From assembly GCF_039654945.1 (NCBI RefSeq), contig NW_027361687.1, positions 35,216,001 through 35,280,000 of the forward strand: a stretch of DNA of 64,000 nucleotides, read 5' to 3'. A model generated the notes under the pieces. It searched no databases and was not told the origin of the DNA. It saw only the letters and a list, made by a program, of their open reading frames with translations. Shown piece by piece: positions 50,001 through 62,000 of this stretch. The DNA is from Dendrobates tinctorius. Taxonomy: Eukaryota. How positions within the stretch are numbered: position 1 is the first letter of the stretch; every line of letters begins with the position of its first letter. Position numbers and translations under genes: made by a program.

Positions 50001-53000
50001 GATTTCCCCAAACCATCAACGGGTGAGCACGTGCAAGTATCCCTCCACGTATCCTTTCCCGCGACGTCGGACATTATGCCAGACTTAGCCCTGTCCACCC
50101 CTAGGTATTGAAACCATGGGCTTGCACAGAGGCACAAGACTAGTCTGTGCGGCCCCTACTGCTCCACCAACGCAAGACGGCGGTGCTGCATGGCAGCGGA
50201 CGGTCCCTCTCCTCGCCCCTGCAGGGCAGACGGAGCTAGGGTGCCTGCATCGTCCTAAAATCAAATACCCCAGAGCTACCGAGGATGGGTAGACGAGCAG
50301 CCACACGGCAATAGGCCATGATGCAGGTATGGAGCTGGGCAGGGCTCTGGGCAGCGGTATCAGGGCAGCTGCGATTGCAGCGGCCATACAGCTCCTTGAG
50401 CATAGTGAGCCAGGCTGCGGTCTGCAGCACCATTCCCCACCCTCCCCCCGTCTCCCTTCCTCCCCTCTCTCTGTCCTCTCTTCCTCCTCGTCTCCCCACC
50501 TGCCTCCGGGTACCTGCGCGCGGTGGGGTCCGGGAGGCCCTCCCGTGGACCTGCGCCGTCAGCGGATGGAGGAGAGCGGCGTGAGGGATCCGGATCGAAG
50601 GGCTAGTGGGGGAGCCTGTGCTCGAGTGGGCGGACGGGTTAATTTAGCCCGCGGCTTCGGCCTAGGCCGCGGGTGGAGGGTCCCGCCCCCCGGCGCGACG
50701 TCATATCCGGCGCCGCTCCCCGTGACTAGGGCGGGCGCTGGATAAAATTGAGGCCCCGGCTTCAGAGCAGGGTAGGCCATGATCAGAAGACACACTCGCA
50801 GCCTACCCAGAGGTGAAGGAGCGCATCGGAGCAGGAGCGCGGGGGTAGACACACAGGAGCAGGGTAAGTGCGACCCCGTCCCGGAGCTACGCTACAGGCA
50901 TTTAAGGGTTACCCTCCTCCTCCTTCCCCTAGAACTGTTATAAGAGTGGGCCTAAGCAGCATTATGTCTGGTAAAGGAAAGACGCACACGTTCCTTTACG
51001 CCGCATGCGTTTCCTGTGGGGTTATGTTCCCACGAGCGCAGTCTATTAAGTTATGTGAAGCCTGTGACTCCGAGCCCTCCCCTGCGACGGAGCCCAGGGG
51101 TCTGGATCCCCCGGAATGGGCATTATCACTTTCGCGGTCCATGGTTTCGCTTATGAAGGCGATTGAGACCCTTCAGGCCTCCGCCTGTTGGGGAGGGTTC
51201 ATCCACCTCACAAGAGCCTCCGGCCTGCAGGGGCCGCACTTTCTCTAGGCAGACGCATAAGAAGAGAACCCACACTGCGTCTCCAGGCCCCTCCGGTGCT
51301 TCAGCGTCCGTGAGTGCGGCGTCTCGCTCGCCATCACCATTTTCTGGGAGCGAGCAGAATTCAGGTGATGACTGGGATGAATCCTTGGACCTGGATACCC
51401 CGGGGTGTCGGGAGACTGTAGACAGTCTCATTGAAGCGGTCAATCAAACTTTGGGTATTGAGGAGGACGTCTGTCTACCAGCAGGTCATAAAGTATCCTT
51501 TAAGAAGGCCAAGAGACCGCATAGAGTATTTAGCACTCATCCTGAGTTTGAGGACATAGTCCAGCGACACAGGGAACGTCCAGACAAGCGTTTTTCGGGC
51601 CAGAAAACGCTAGAAACGAGATATCCGTTTGCACCAGAGCTCTGTAGGAGATGGGCGGAATCTCCGGTTGTGGATCCCCCAGTTTCACGCCTGCCCTTGA
51701 GATCTTTGTTGTCGGTGCCTAGTGGTTCTTCTATTAAAGACCCCATGGATCGGCTCATAGAAAGTTTAACCCGCTCAGTGTATGAGGCATCAGGATCAGC
51801 ACTCTCTCCTTCATTTGCGGCAACATGGGTAGCCAAGGCCATGATGTCATGGTCAGATTCTTTAAATAGGGTCTTACAGGATAGAGACCTGCCGACGGAA
51901 GTGTCTGAGATAGTAGGTCAGATCGCGATGGCAGGTGACTATTTAATCAATGTGTCCTTGGATGCGGCGAATTGTGCAGCGCTAGTGGCGGCGAATGCAA
52001 TCGCTATTAGGAGAGCCTTGTGGTTAAGGCTATGGCGGGCTGATTCGATCTCCAAAAAGTCCTTGACTTCCCTACCTTATCAGGGTAGCCGCCTATTTGG
52101 GGAAAAATTAGACAAGCTCATCATCTCAGATGCAACGGGGAAAAAGCAGCTTTCTACCACAACAGAAGAGTAAACTGCCATTTCGCAGCCCTGGGTGGAT
52201 GGCAGCGGCCAGTTCTCCTGCCCCAGCTCGCTACAACCAGGACAAGGAGCGTCAGGTCACGTATAGAGCCAACCCGCTGGGCAGGATGCGAGGCCGCCCG
52301 CCCAGGTCAAGGGGAGCCAGATCCCAGAGGCCCTCAGTGAAATAACTCGGGGCATCCAGTACCCGAAGACGGCAGAGTGGGCGGACGCCTACTCAGGTTC
52401 TGCCATGTTTGGGTCACGGTGGCACGCGACGCATGGGTGGCGGAACTAGTGTCGTCGGGGTACAAAATAGTTTGTCAGAGATCCTTTCCCGGCTGCCCAA
52501 AGCAGAATCCCGGGCGGAGGCATTGCTAGGGGCTATCAGGGTGCTGCAGCGCAACGGGGTCATTGTTCCTGTACCAGAGTGCGAAAAGACTCAAGGTTTT
52601 TATTCCAACCTGTTCGCAGTGCCCAAGAAGGACGGGACAGTAAGGCCGGTTCTGGACTTAAAGCTCCTGAACAGGTTCATCAGAATCAGGCACTTTCGAA
52701 TGGAATCTCTCCGTTCAGTCGTATCGTCCATGGAGCAGGGAGAATACTTGGCCTAGATCGATGTCCAGGATGCTTACCTGCACGTCCCTATTTTTCCCCC
52801 GCATCAAAGATTCCTACATTTTGCAATCAATGGTCGGCATTTCCAATTTGTGGCTCTGCCGTTCGGGTTGGCCACCGCCTCCAGAGTGTTCACGAAGGTA
52901 ATGACGGTCGTCATGGCCATTCTACATTCTCGGGGCATAGTAGTCTTACCGTACTTAGACGACCTCTTAGTGAAGGTTCCATCGTTTCGAGCATGCGAGG

Positions 53001-56000
53001 AAAACGTCAGTATCACGCTGGATACCCTGTCTCGCCTAGGATGGCTGGTCAACGGGAAAAAGTCGTCCCTTGTCCCAGCTCAGAGGATCTCATTCCTAGG
53101 GATGATTTTCGACACCTCCCGAGGGTTGGTAACTCTCCTTCGGGACAAAGCTCGAGCGCTCCGTCAGGGAGTTCAGAATCTTCAATGACCAGGCCCTCAC
53201 ACCATTCGATTCGGGATGAGGGTTCTAGGGAGGATGGTGGCGGCAATGGAAGCGATTCCGTTTGCCCAATTTCATCTTCGTTCCCTGCAGCATGCTCTCT
53301 TGACATCTTGGGACAAGAGTCCATTCACGCTAGATCATCAGTGCAGGTTGTCCTCTCGAGTCAGGCGGTCACTTCAGTGGTGGACGCGCAACTCCTCTCT
53401 TCTTCAGGGGAAACCCTTCCCCCCCCCCCCCCCGATCAGTGGTTGGTGATGACAACCGATGCGAGTCTTCTCGGTTGGGGAGCGGTTTTCCGCCATCACA
53501 CGGCTCCGGGGCAATGGTCGCATCAGGAAAGGCGCCTCCCGATCAACTTGTTGGAGATTCGAGCGGTGCGGTTGGCACTTCAGCATTTCCAGCACTTTCT
53601 GGCAGGGCGTCCGGTCCGGATTCAATCGGACAACGCCACGGCGATGGCATACGTGAATCACCAGGGAGGCACGCGCTGCAGGGCAACCATGCGCGAGATA
53701 GAGCATGTACTACGCTGGGCCGAGGGGAACCACTCTGTAATCTCAGCGGTCCACATACCAGGCGTGGAAAATTGGGCAGCAGATTTCCTAAGCCGGCAGG
53801 GTGTCGCGGCCGGGGAATGGTCCCTGCACCCCGAGGTGTTCCAGCAGATTTTCCAACGCTGGGGGACTCCGGACGTGGATCTGATGGCCTCCAGGGAGAA
53901 CGCCAAAGTAGCCATGTTTGTCGCTCGGTCTCAAGACCCGCGAGCAATCGCAGTGGATGCGTTGGTCCTACCGTGGAGCCAGTTTCGGCTTCCATACCTG
54001 TTTCCCCCGCTGCCACTACTTCCGAGGGTCATCAGAAAAATCAAGGCAGAGGGGTTTCCGGCAATTCTGCTGGCCCCAGACTGGCCCCGTCGGGCATGGT
54101 ATGCGGATCTGGTGCAGCTCCTCGCAGACGTTCCTTGGCGTCTGCCGGAACGGCCATACTTACTGTCTCAGGGGCCGATCTGCCACCCAAACTCGGGGGC
54201 CCTGTGTTTGACGGCATGGCCGTTGAATCTTGGATTCTGACCCAGGCGGGGTTTGGGCGTGAAGTGGTTGCTACGATGGTTAGCGCCCGGAAGCCTACCT
54301 CGGCGAGAATTTACCATCACACTTGGAAGGTTTTCTTTCGTTGGTGTCGAGAGCACGGGGTTGCTCCACTGTCTTTTTCGGTTCCCAACATCCTGGCCTT
54401 TCTTCAGTCAGGCCTAGACGCAGGATTGGCCCCGAGCTCCCTTAGGAGACAGATATCGGCCTTGTCTGTCCTCTTCCAGCGAAGGATCGCTACTAATATG
54501 CAGGTCAAGACGTTCATCCAAGGGGTCTCCCCTTTCGTGCCCCCCTATAGAGCGCCCATAGACGCCTGGGATCTTAACCTGGTCCTGGGTGTCCTGCAGG
54601 AAGCTCCTTTTGAGCCGTTACAAGAAGTTTCATTATCTTATTCTTCCAGGAAGGTCGTATTCTTGGTAGCCATAACTTCCGTTAGGCGGGTTTCGGAGTT
54701 GGCAGCCCTATCTTGTAAGGCACCATTTCTGACTTTTTACAAGGATAAGGTAGTCCTTAGACCAGCTCCCCCCTTTCTGCCGAAGGTCGTGTCCTCTTTC
54801 CACATTAATGAGGACATTGTTCTGCCTTCATTTTGTCCAGCGCCAGTACATAGGGTGGAAAGAGCGCTCCACACGTTGGACCTAGTGAGAGCGCTCAGGA
54901 GGTATGTGTTGAGGACCGCACCTTTTCGCCAGACAGACTCGCTGTTTGTGATCCCCGAAGGGCGCCGGAAGGGGCTCTCAGCCTCAAGGTCGACCATAGC
55001 CAGATGGATTCGTCTAACTATTCAAGAGGCTTACCGTATTAGAGGCACACCGATTCCAACAGGGATAGGAGCACACTCTACTCGGGCAGTGGGCGCCTCT
55101 TGGGCACTTCGGCACCAGGCTTCGGCTGAGCAGGTGTGCAAGGCGGCAACCTGGTTCAGCCTGCATACTTTTTCTAAGCATTACAATGTGCATACTCGGG
55201 CTTCGTCAGATGCGAGCCTGGGTAGAAAAATTCTCCAAGTGGCAGTGGCGCACCTTTAAACAGGAGGGCATGCGGCTTGGATCGGTGAGTTGACTTCCCA
55301 CCCAGGGACTGCTTTAGGACGTCCCACAGTACCTGTGTCCCCCAATGTGACGAAGGAGAAACATGGATTTTTGTGAGTACTCACCGTAAAATCCTTTTCT
55401 CCGATACGCTCATTGGGGGACACAGCACCCACCCTGATAGGCAGTTGGTTCTTGTTTATTAGTATAATTCCTTTTTTTTAAAAAAGGTAGGGTGGTCCTT
55501 TTTCAGACATATGTATTCTGCGTTAAGGCTAGTTTGTTTTGTGTTCTCCTACTGCTGTTGCACTAAACTGGTTTCCGCCCGCAATCGGGGCGAGGGTGTA
55601 TGTGGCGGAGGAGGAGCTAACTTTTTTTTTTGTATACTTAGTGTCAGCCTCCAGACGGCAGTAGCATACACCCCACAGTACCTGTGTCCCCCAATGAGCA
55701 TCTCGGAGAAAAGGATTTTACGGTGAGTACTCACAAAAATCCATGTTTTCTGTTTTTATTTTCATCTTCTTCTCTGTTTCTTTTTCATTCTCCAAAATTA
55801 CAAAGATTCTAATTTTTTTTTTTTTTTTTTTCTAAGTACCACAACGGGATGACGAAGAATGTTACATTGACAACGAGCACCTGATCCGCCTAAGTTGAGG
55901 AGTGTATCCCGTTGTGGGACAGCCGTGACCAGCAGTACAAAGACACAGTGGTGACCTGGCAGCTCTGGAATGAGGTGGCCACAGCGATGATGGATGGCTG

Positions 56001-59000
56001 GGACAGCGCCTCTCCTACTTCAAAAAAGGCATTCAGTAAGTATAAAGCTGCTCTGTGATGCTGCATTGACTCTTGCATCAAACACATCAGTCCCCTCATG
56101 ATCAACAGTTATTGCTTTGTGTATTGAACTGCTGTCTTGAAGCTGCATTGATTTTTGGGTCCGTATGGTACAGGTGTGTTTGTGGCAAGATATATTCTTG
56201 CATCAAACACACCAATGCATTCTGTAAAAACAGTGATTGCTTTGTGTATTGAACTGCAGTATTGAGCCTGCTTTCACTCTTGCTCCTGATGATACTGTTG
56301 TGTTTGCTGCTACATATATTCTAGCAGGAAACATAAGTGTCCGCAGGATCAACAGTGACTGCATTGTGTATAGAATTATTTTGTGCTGCCGCATTGACTG
56401 TTTGCAAAGTTCTATCAGTTGTGTGTGCTGATAATTATGTTGCCTTCAGTGCATTGTCTAACATTTTTCTTTGTTTTTCCAACAGTGAACAAAGTCCGCA
56501 CACGTTGGCGCTCTATGAAGGACCGCTTCAACACTGATGTTCGAGCTGAGGGACAGGTTCGCAGTGGTTCAGCGGCAAGGCGCAGAAGAAAGTACCGCTA
56601 TCATCGCAAGTTGGCTTTCCTGAGACCGGTCCTTGCCAGCAGAGCGTAAGTATTATTTTTTTTTTTTTCTTTTATTACTACGTGCTTTTCTATTCCACAG
56701 CTGATGCTTCTTGTTAATGCGTGATAGTAATGTTTTCCCTTTCTTTCCACAGCACCTGGAGCAGCACCCTGCAACCTGTCCCTGGAGCGGTCCTTCATTG
56801 GACAACCTCGGACCCGTCCCAGCCATCCGACAGCCAGGAAGCATCTTGCAGGTCAACAACACAGATAGCTGGTGACCAGGAAGCTGGTCAATCAGGTGTT
56901 CCCCTGTCCCAGGTCTCTGCCACTGGTTATGCGGGCACTACCCGCCAGCAGCAGAGGGCCTCGGACAGGCCTGTCATGCCCGAGTTCATGCACTTGAGCG
57001 AGGCCTTTAAGGGCAGCCTCATGTCCGGCAGAACGGAAAGCGGTTTTTCCCTGATGGAACGCGGTTTTAACCACATGTAACACCGCTTCCACTCTGTCGA
57101 CCAGCGCCTTGACCGTCTGGAGGCCGACCTGAACAGACCAGTGCACCATTTTTTTCAGTAAAATTGAACAGGGCATGGCAGAACACCTTAGTTCTGAGCA
57201 ACCGCTGAGTGTGTTACAGGCCTGCAACACTGCTTACTTGCAGGCTATGCAGCAGAATTAGTATGTGCAGCAGTCAGTGGTGTCATTTCCAACAGTGCCA
57301 CCGCTGTCTCGCTACACCTCCCTGCCGAGTTCTGCTGCATACCACTGCACGGCCACCTGCATTCCAAGCCAAGCCAGACACCACTACACCACCCCAAGTC
57401 CGAGTGCTGCTGGACACTCCTCCGCCACCACCACTATAGCAAGCGCTGCTCCTGTATGGAGCACCGCCACCGCACCACCTGCTTGGAGCAACACCACCAC
57501 AGAACCTGCTTGGGCCACCGACACCACCAGTCAACATCATCAAAGGAGCACCGCCACCAATTGTCCTCCTAGGAGTCCCACCAGAACTTCTCCTACTCGG
57601 ATCACCGACACGCAGCCTCCTTCTAGGAGCACCGAGTGCTGCTGGACACTCCTCCGCCACCACCACTATGGCAAGCGCTGATCCTGTATGGAGCACCACC
57701 ACCGCACCACCTGCTTGGAGCAACACCACCACAGAACCTGCTTGGGCCACCGACACCACCAGTCAACATCATCACAGGAGCACTGCCAGCACTCCTCATC
57801 ACAGGAGCACCGCCAGCACTCCTCATCACTGTAAAGCGCTGCGGAATATGTTGGCGCTATATAAATAAAGCATTATTATTATTATTATCACAGGAGCGCA
57901 CCGCCAGCACTCCTCATCACAGGAGCGCACCGCCAGCACTCCTCATCACAGGAGCGCACCGCCAGCACTCCTCATCACAGGAGCACCGCCAGCACTCCTC
58001 ATCAAAGGAGCACCGCCACCAATTGTCCTCCTAGGAGTCCCGCCAGAACTTCTCCTGCTCGGATCACCGACACGCAGCCTCCTTCTAGGAGCACCAACAC
58101 GACTTTGTCTCCAAGGATTACCGCCACTTCTTTGAGCACCGACACGAGTTTGTCTCCTCGTATCACCTCCAACGCCGCCACTTCTATGAGCACCGACACA
58201 ACTTTGTCTCCTTCTAGGAGCACCGCCACTGCCACTTCTAGGAGCCCCGCCACCACAGAGCAGCAGAGTGGTGACCCACATTCCATCTTTTACAGGTCAA
58301 CGCCACGGTCCACCATCTCCAAGCGGTCGAGCAAAGAAAGGCGGTCACACGGTGGAAGTCAGGCCAGGCAGGATACTCCTGTGCCAAAGAGGAAAAAACA
58401 AAAAAAAACTTTGTTTGTCCATCCACCCTCTCCTCCTAATGTGTCTCAACCTGCCTCCAAGTCCATTCCAGAGCTCCCTTCCCCCAGTACTTTTGTCGCC
58501 TCTTCTCCTAGAACCCCTTCCTCAACCTCCAGCCGTTCCTCGTCTCTCCACACTCCCAAAGTATCCCAATCTTCCCCCCAAACGTCATTCCTAATAAATT
58601 TTTTTTTTTTTTTTTTGTGGAAAAATAAATGTGCAATTCTGCTTTAAAAAAAATTTGGATCGATTATTGTGTCAGTCGCTGACTACACACACTGCGCCGT
58701 ACACTTAGCGTTTTTGCCACCAGATATCTCCATTACTGAGACATGTTTCTTGTGTCAGTCTTGGAGATATGTGTTGTCAAAAAAAACAATCTATAAGACT
58801 TGTATTTTAAACACCAGTCTCTACATTCTTCTAATATTGCACAGACTGAATCCAGCAGGGTTCCCCAACTCTAGTCCTCAAGGTCCACCAACAGATCATG
58901 TTGTAAGGAATTCCGTTTTTTTTGCTCATGTGAAGCAGTTATCAACGGAGCAATGGAATTACTTACAACATGATCTGTTGGTGACCCTTGAGGACTGGAG

Positions 59001-62000
59001 TTGGGGAACCCTGCTGAATTCAGTCATATAGCTTAGTGTTTTTGACACCAGATATCTCCATTACTGAGACATGTTTCTTGTGTCAGTCTTGGAGATATGT
59101 GTTGTCAAAAAAAACACTGGTACACCTGGCGAGTTGATAATACTATTGGGAGTGTAAAAATACAAAATGCACTCAGTACAGGTATCAAAACATTGTTTTA
59201 TTAACCCAACAACAACATTTTTTTTACACCATTTGATCTTGCCATTCCACCCATCCTACATCGGAGTTGAAGTAGGCCGCAAATTGGTCCCTCATTTGGC
59301 CAACTTCAACCGATGACCTGAGAGGGTGGTGAGTATAAATTCAGGCAATGGGTTAGGAGCAACATCATCAAGATCTAAGTTCGGGTGCTCTCTAGCCATG
59401 ACAAAATTGTGTAGAACAACACAGGCCTTCACCACCTCATCCACTGTTTCCAGTTTTAGATTTATGGCTGTGCCGAGAATGTGCCATCTGGATTCAAGAA
59501 TACCGAAGGCACACTCTACAGTTCTTCTGGCCCTGGTCAGCCTGTAATTAAAATTTCTTTTTGTGTGGTCCAAGTCCCGGCTGGAGTAGGGCTTGAGCAG
59601 GTTTTGACACATCTGGAATGCCTCATCCCCAACCATTACAAAGGGCTGTGGCGGACCTTCAGTGTGGGGAAGAGGCCATGGCATGGGGAAATTAAATTGG
59701 TTGCCATACAATCTCCGGCCCATGTCCGAGTTCTTAAAGGCCTGGGATTCATTTCTACGGCCAAATGCCCCAATGTCCACTGCTACAAACATACAGTCTG
59801 CATCTGCAATGGCCATGAGTACTGTAGAGAAGTACTTTTTATAGTTGTAGTACTCTGATCCAGTTCTTTTTGGCTTGATAATCCGGATGTGTTTCCCATC
59901 CACCGCACCCAAACAATTAGGGAAATTGCAGACTGTCCAGAATTTTTCGGCGATTTCCATCCACCTTTCTGCAGTTGGCATGGGCATGAATTCGGGACAG
60001 AGAACGTCCCACATAGCCCGGCAGGTGTCCGCTACAATTCCAGACAACATGGAGATTCCAATACGGTACTGGAAGTGCAGTGAAGAGAGGGTCTCTCCAG
60101 TTGCCAGGAATCTGGGAAACAAAGAAAAAGCAACAATTATTACTTCTGTATATGGATTTTAAAAACACCAACAATAAATTAAGAAAAAAAAGTTTATAAC
60201 AATACATCTGCAGCCTTTTGCTCATTACATGCCATAAAAAAAAAACGCAGCTTTTTGTCAAATACACGGCAGAACTATAATTTTGCCTGATTTGTAATAG
60301 TACATGTCACAACAAAGAAAAATCTGCAGGCATTGGTTTTGCAATACTACATACCGTAATGTAACCAGTAGCCATTCCTTAGGAGTAATCGCACGCCGGA
60401 GCTGCGTGTCCTGTCTCCGGATGGCTTCTTGGACCCGACCAAGCAAATCGTTAAGGCTATGTACACACGGAGTTTTTTTGGATCTGTGGATTTTGAAGTG
60501 AAAACCGCAGGACTTTATCTGCGGTTATGCCCTGCGGTTTCACACCTTATAATGGATGAGGTGTGAAACCGCAGCGGTTCTGCACAAAAGAATTGACATG
60601 CTGCGGATTGTAACCCGCAGCAAAACCGCGCAGAAAAATCCGCAGCATGTGCACAGCGTTTTTTTTTTTACGTAGAAAATAAAGGTACTGTACAATGCAG
60701 CAAAATCTGCTGCAGACCTGCAGGGCCAAATCCGCTGCGGATCCGCAGCAGAATCCGCAACGTGTGCACATAGCCTAAAGCTTTGTTGGGACATCCGGGT
60801 ATAGTCAGTAAATTTCTCCGGGTTTGCCTGGAGCTCGCTGTAGAGGGTGTGGTACGCTCCACGGCTCTCCCGGAGTTCCATAATGGGATGTATCCACATA
60901 AGCCGCCGCTGCTGTCTTCGCTGCCTCTCTCTCTCCCTCTGTTCATGGCAAGCAACGGCATAAGCCTGAGCCGTCCTCATGTCCAGATCCAAGTCAAAGT
61001 AAAAGCTCTTCCAGCGCAGATCCATGTTTCTCAAGTCAAATGCAAGCAAATGTGAAGAATTCAGCTGTAAACAGGGGCTATATAAAGAATTTCCATAGAC
61101 ACGCCCACTGGTGTCCCATTGGTGGAGTGTGTAGCAAGAATTTTTCAAGGATTTTTTCTCCTGTGAAGTGACACCATTGTGCATAAAAAATGCAAACGCA
61201 TGAAAAAACGCTTACAAACGCAGCGATTTTTTTTTTTTTTTTTTTGTCGTAATGCGCACAATGCTGCTACAAAAAACGCAGCGTTTACAAGCGTTTGCAT
61301 GCGCTTTTGACATGCGTTTCATGTGCGCTCGATACGCTGCGCAAAAAGGCGCAAGTGTGAAAGTAGCCTTACTGCCTGGCTGTTAGTAGGTGACTCCTAG
61401 CTTTTCTCTTACCGCCCGGCTGCTGGTACATAACTCCTAGCAGTGCTCTTACTGCCCAGCGTATGGTAGGTGACACCTAGGAGTGCTGTTACTGCCCGGC
61501 TATTAGGCGATGCCTAGCAGTGCTGTTAGTAGGTGACCTCTAGAGGTGCTCTTCCAGCCCGGCTGTGCTCAGTCACACAGCTGTCCCAGAAAGGGCTGGC
61601 AGTATATATTTCCAGGTGGATGTGCAGACGACTGAATTGCGGAATTATCTGTCGTGACATGTTTTCCCTCTTTCTGCAGTTACCAGAGATTCGCCAACTG
61701 TTACCGCAAGATGTACAAGATGGGACCGGTGATGACCCGTAGCATCTACGAGCAGTTTGTGACCCAGCTGCACGCCTTCATCAATGTATGTATCCTGCGG
61801 AGCCCTGGGGGGGGGCAGTGTCAGGACCCCGGAGCTCCAGTCTACAGATCTCTTCCATTTTCAGGCAGAGATCCTGGAGCTTAAAGAGGATGGAAAGCTG
61901 GAGGTTCTGCTAGACTCACTGGACAGCCTGGAGCGAGAGGCTGGAGATAACATCGAGCTGCAGTGGTGAGTGCCAATGTCTCCATGACTGTGCACAGACC

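Larger units (their letters stand above)
49584..55749 (+). mobile_element. Full-length DIRS1-like retrotransposon (DIRS-B) nested in the Harbinger element
   Basis: Inverted termini (~49597-49728 vs ~55565-55698); ICR at ~55323-55425 complementary to both ends; gag, pol and YR frames. Inserted at a poly-T tract inside an intron of the MADF gene. Confidence 0.95.
49324..58647 (+). pseudogene. Harbinger Myb/SANT-like (MADF) accessory gene, spliced and disrupted
   Basis: Short exons at ~49324-49383 and 49460-49544. Then IDNEHLIRL/VEECIPLWDSRDQQYKD...LWNEVA (~55837-56035, 1 bp frameshift), NKVRTRWRSMKDRF...KYRYHRKLAFLRPVL (~56485-56645) and an S/T/P-rich last exon from ~56753 with in-frame stops. 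Exon limits approximate. Confidence 0.75.
48747..61368. mobile_element. Two-gene PIF/Harbinger DNA transposon (12.6 kb including nested inserts)
   Basis: TTA-GGCTGGTTTCACACTAGCG ... CGCAAGTGTGAAAGTAGCC-TTA. Removal restores the satellite (AGCAGTTCTTA|CTGCCTGG). It contains convergent MADF and DDE nuclease genes. Confidence 0.92.

Noticed and set aside
49813-50074. H/ACA snoRNA, U1 fragment, or hammerhead, HDV or hairpin ribozyme identity for the DIRS leader motif
   Set aside because: AAACCA and ACA boxes are present but there are no pseudouridylation pockets. U1-like words are short and out of order. There is no CUGANGA/GAAA core and no HDV nested pseudoknot. Left unclassified.
59224-61025. 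Domesticated HARBI1 host gene
   Set aside because: It lies inside TIRs with a TSD, is paired with a MADF gene, and is disrupted.
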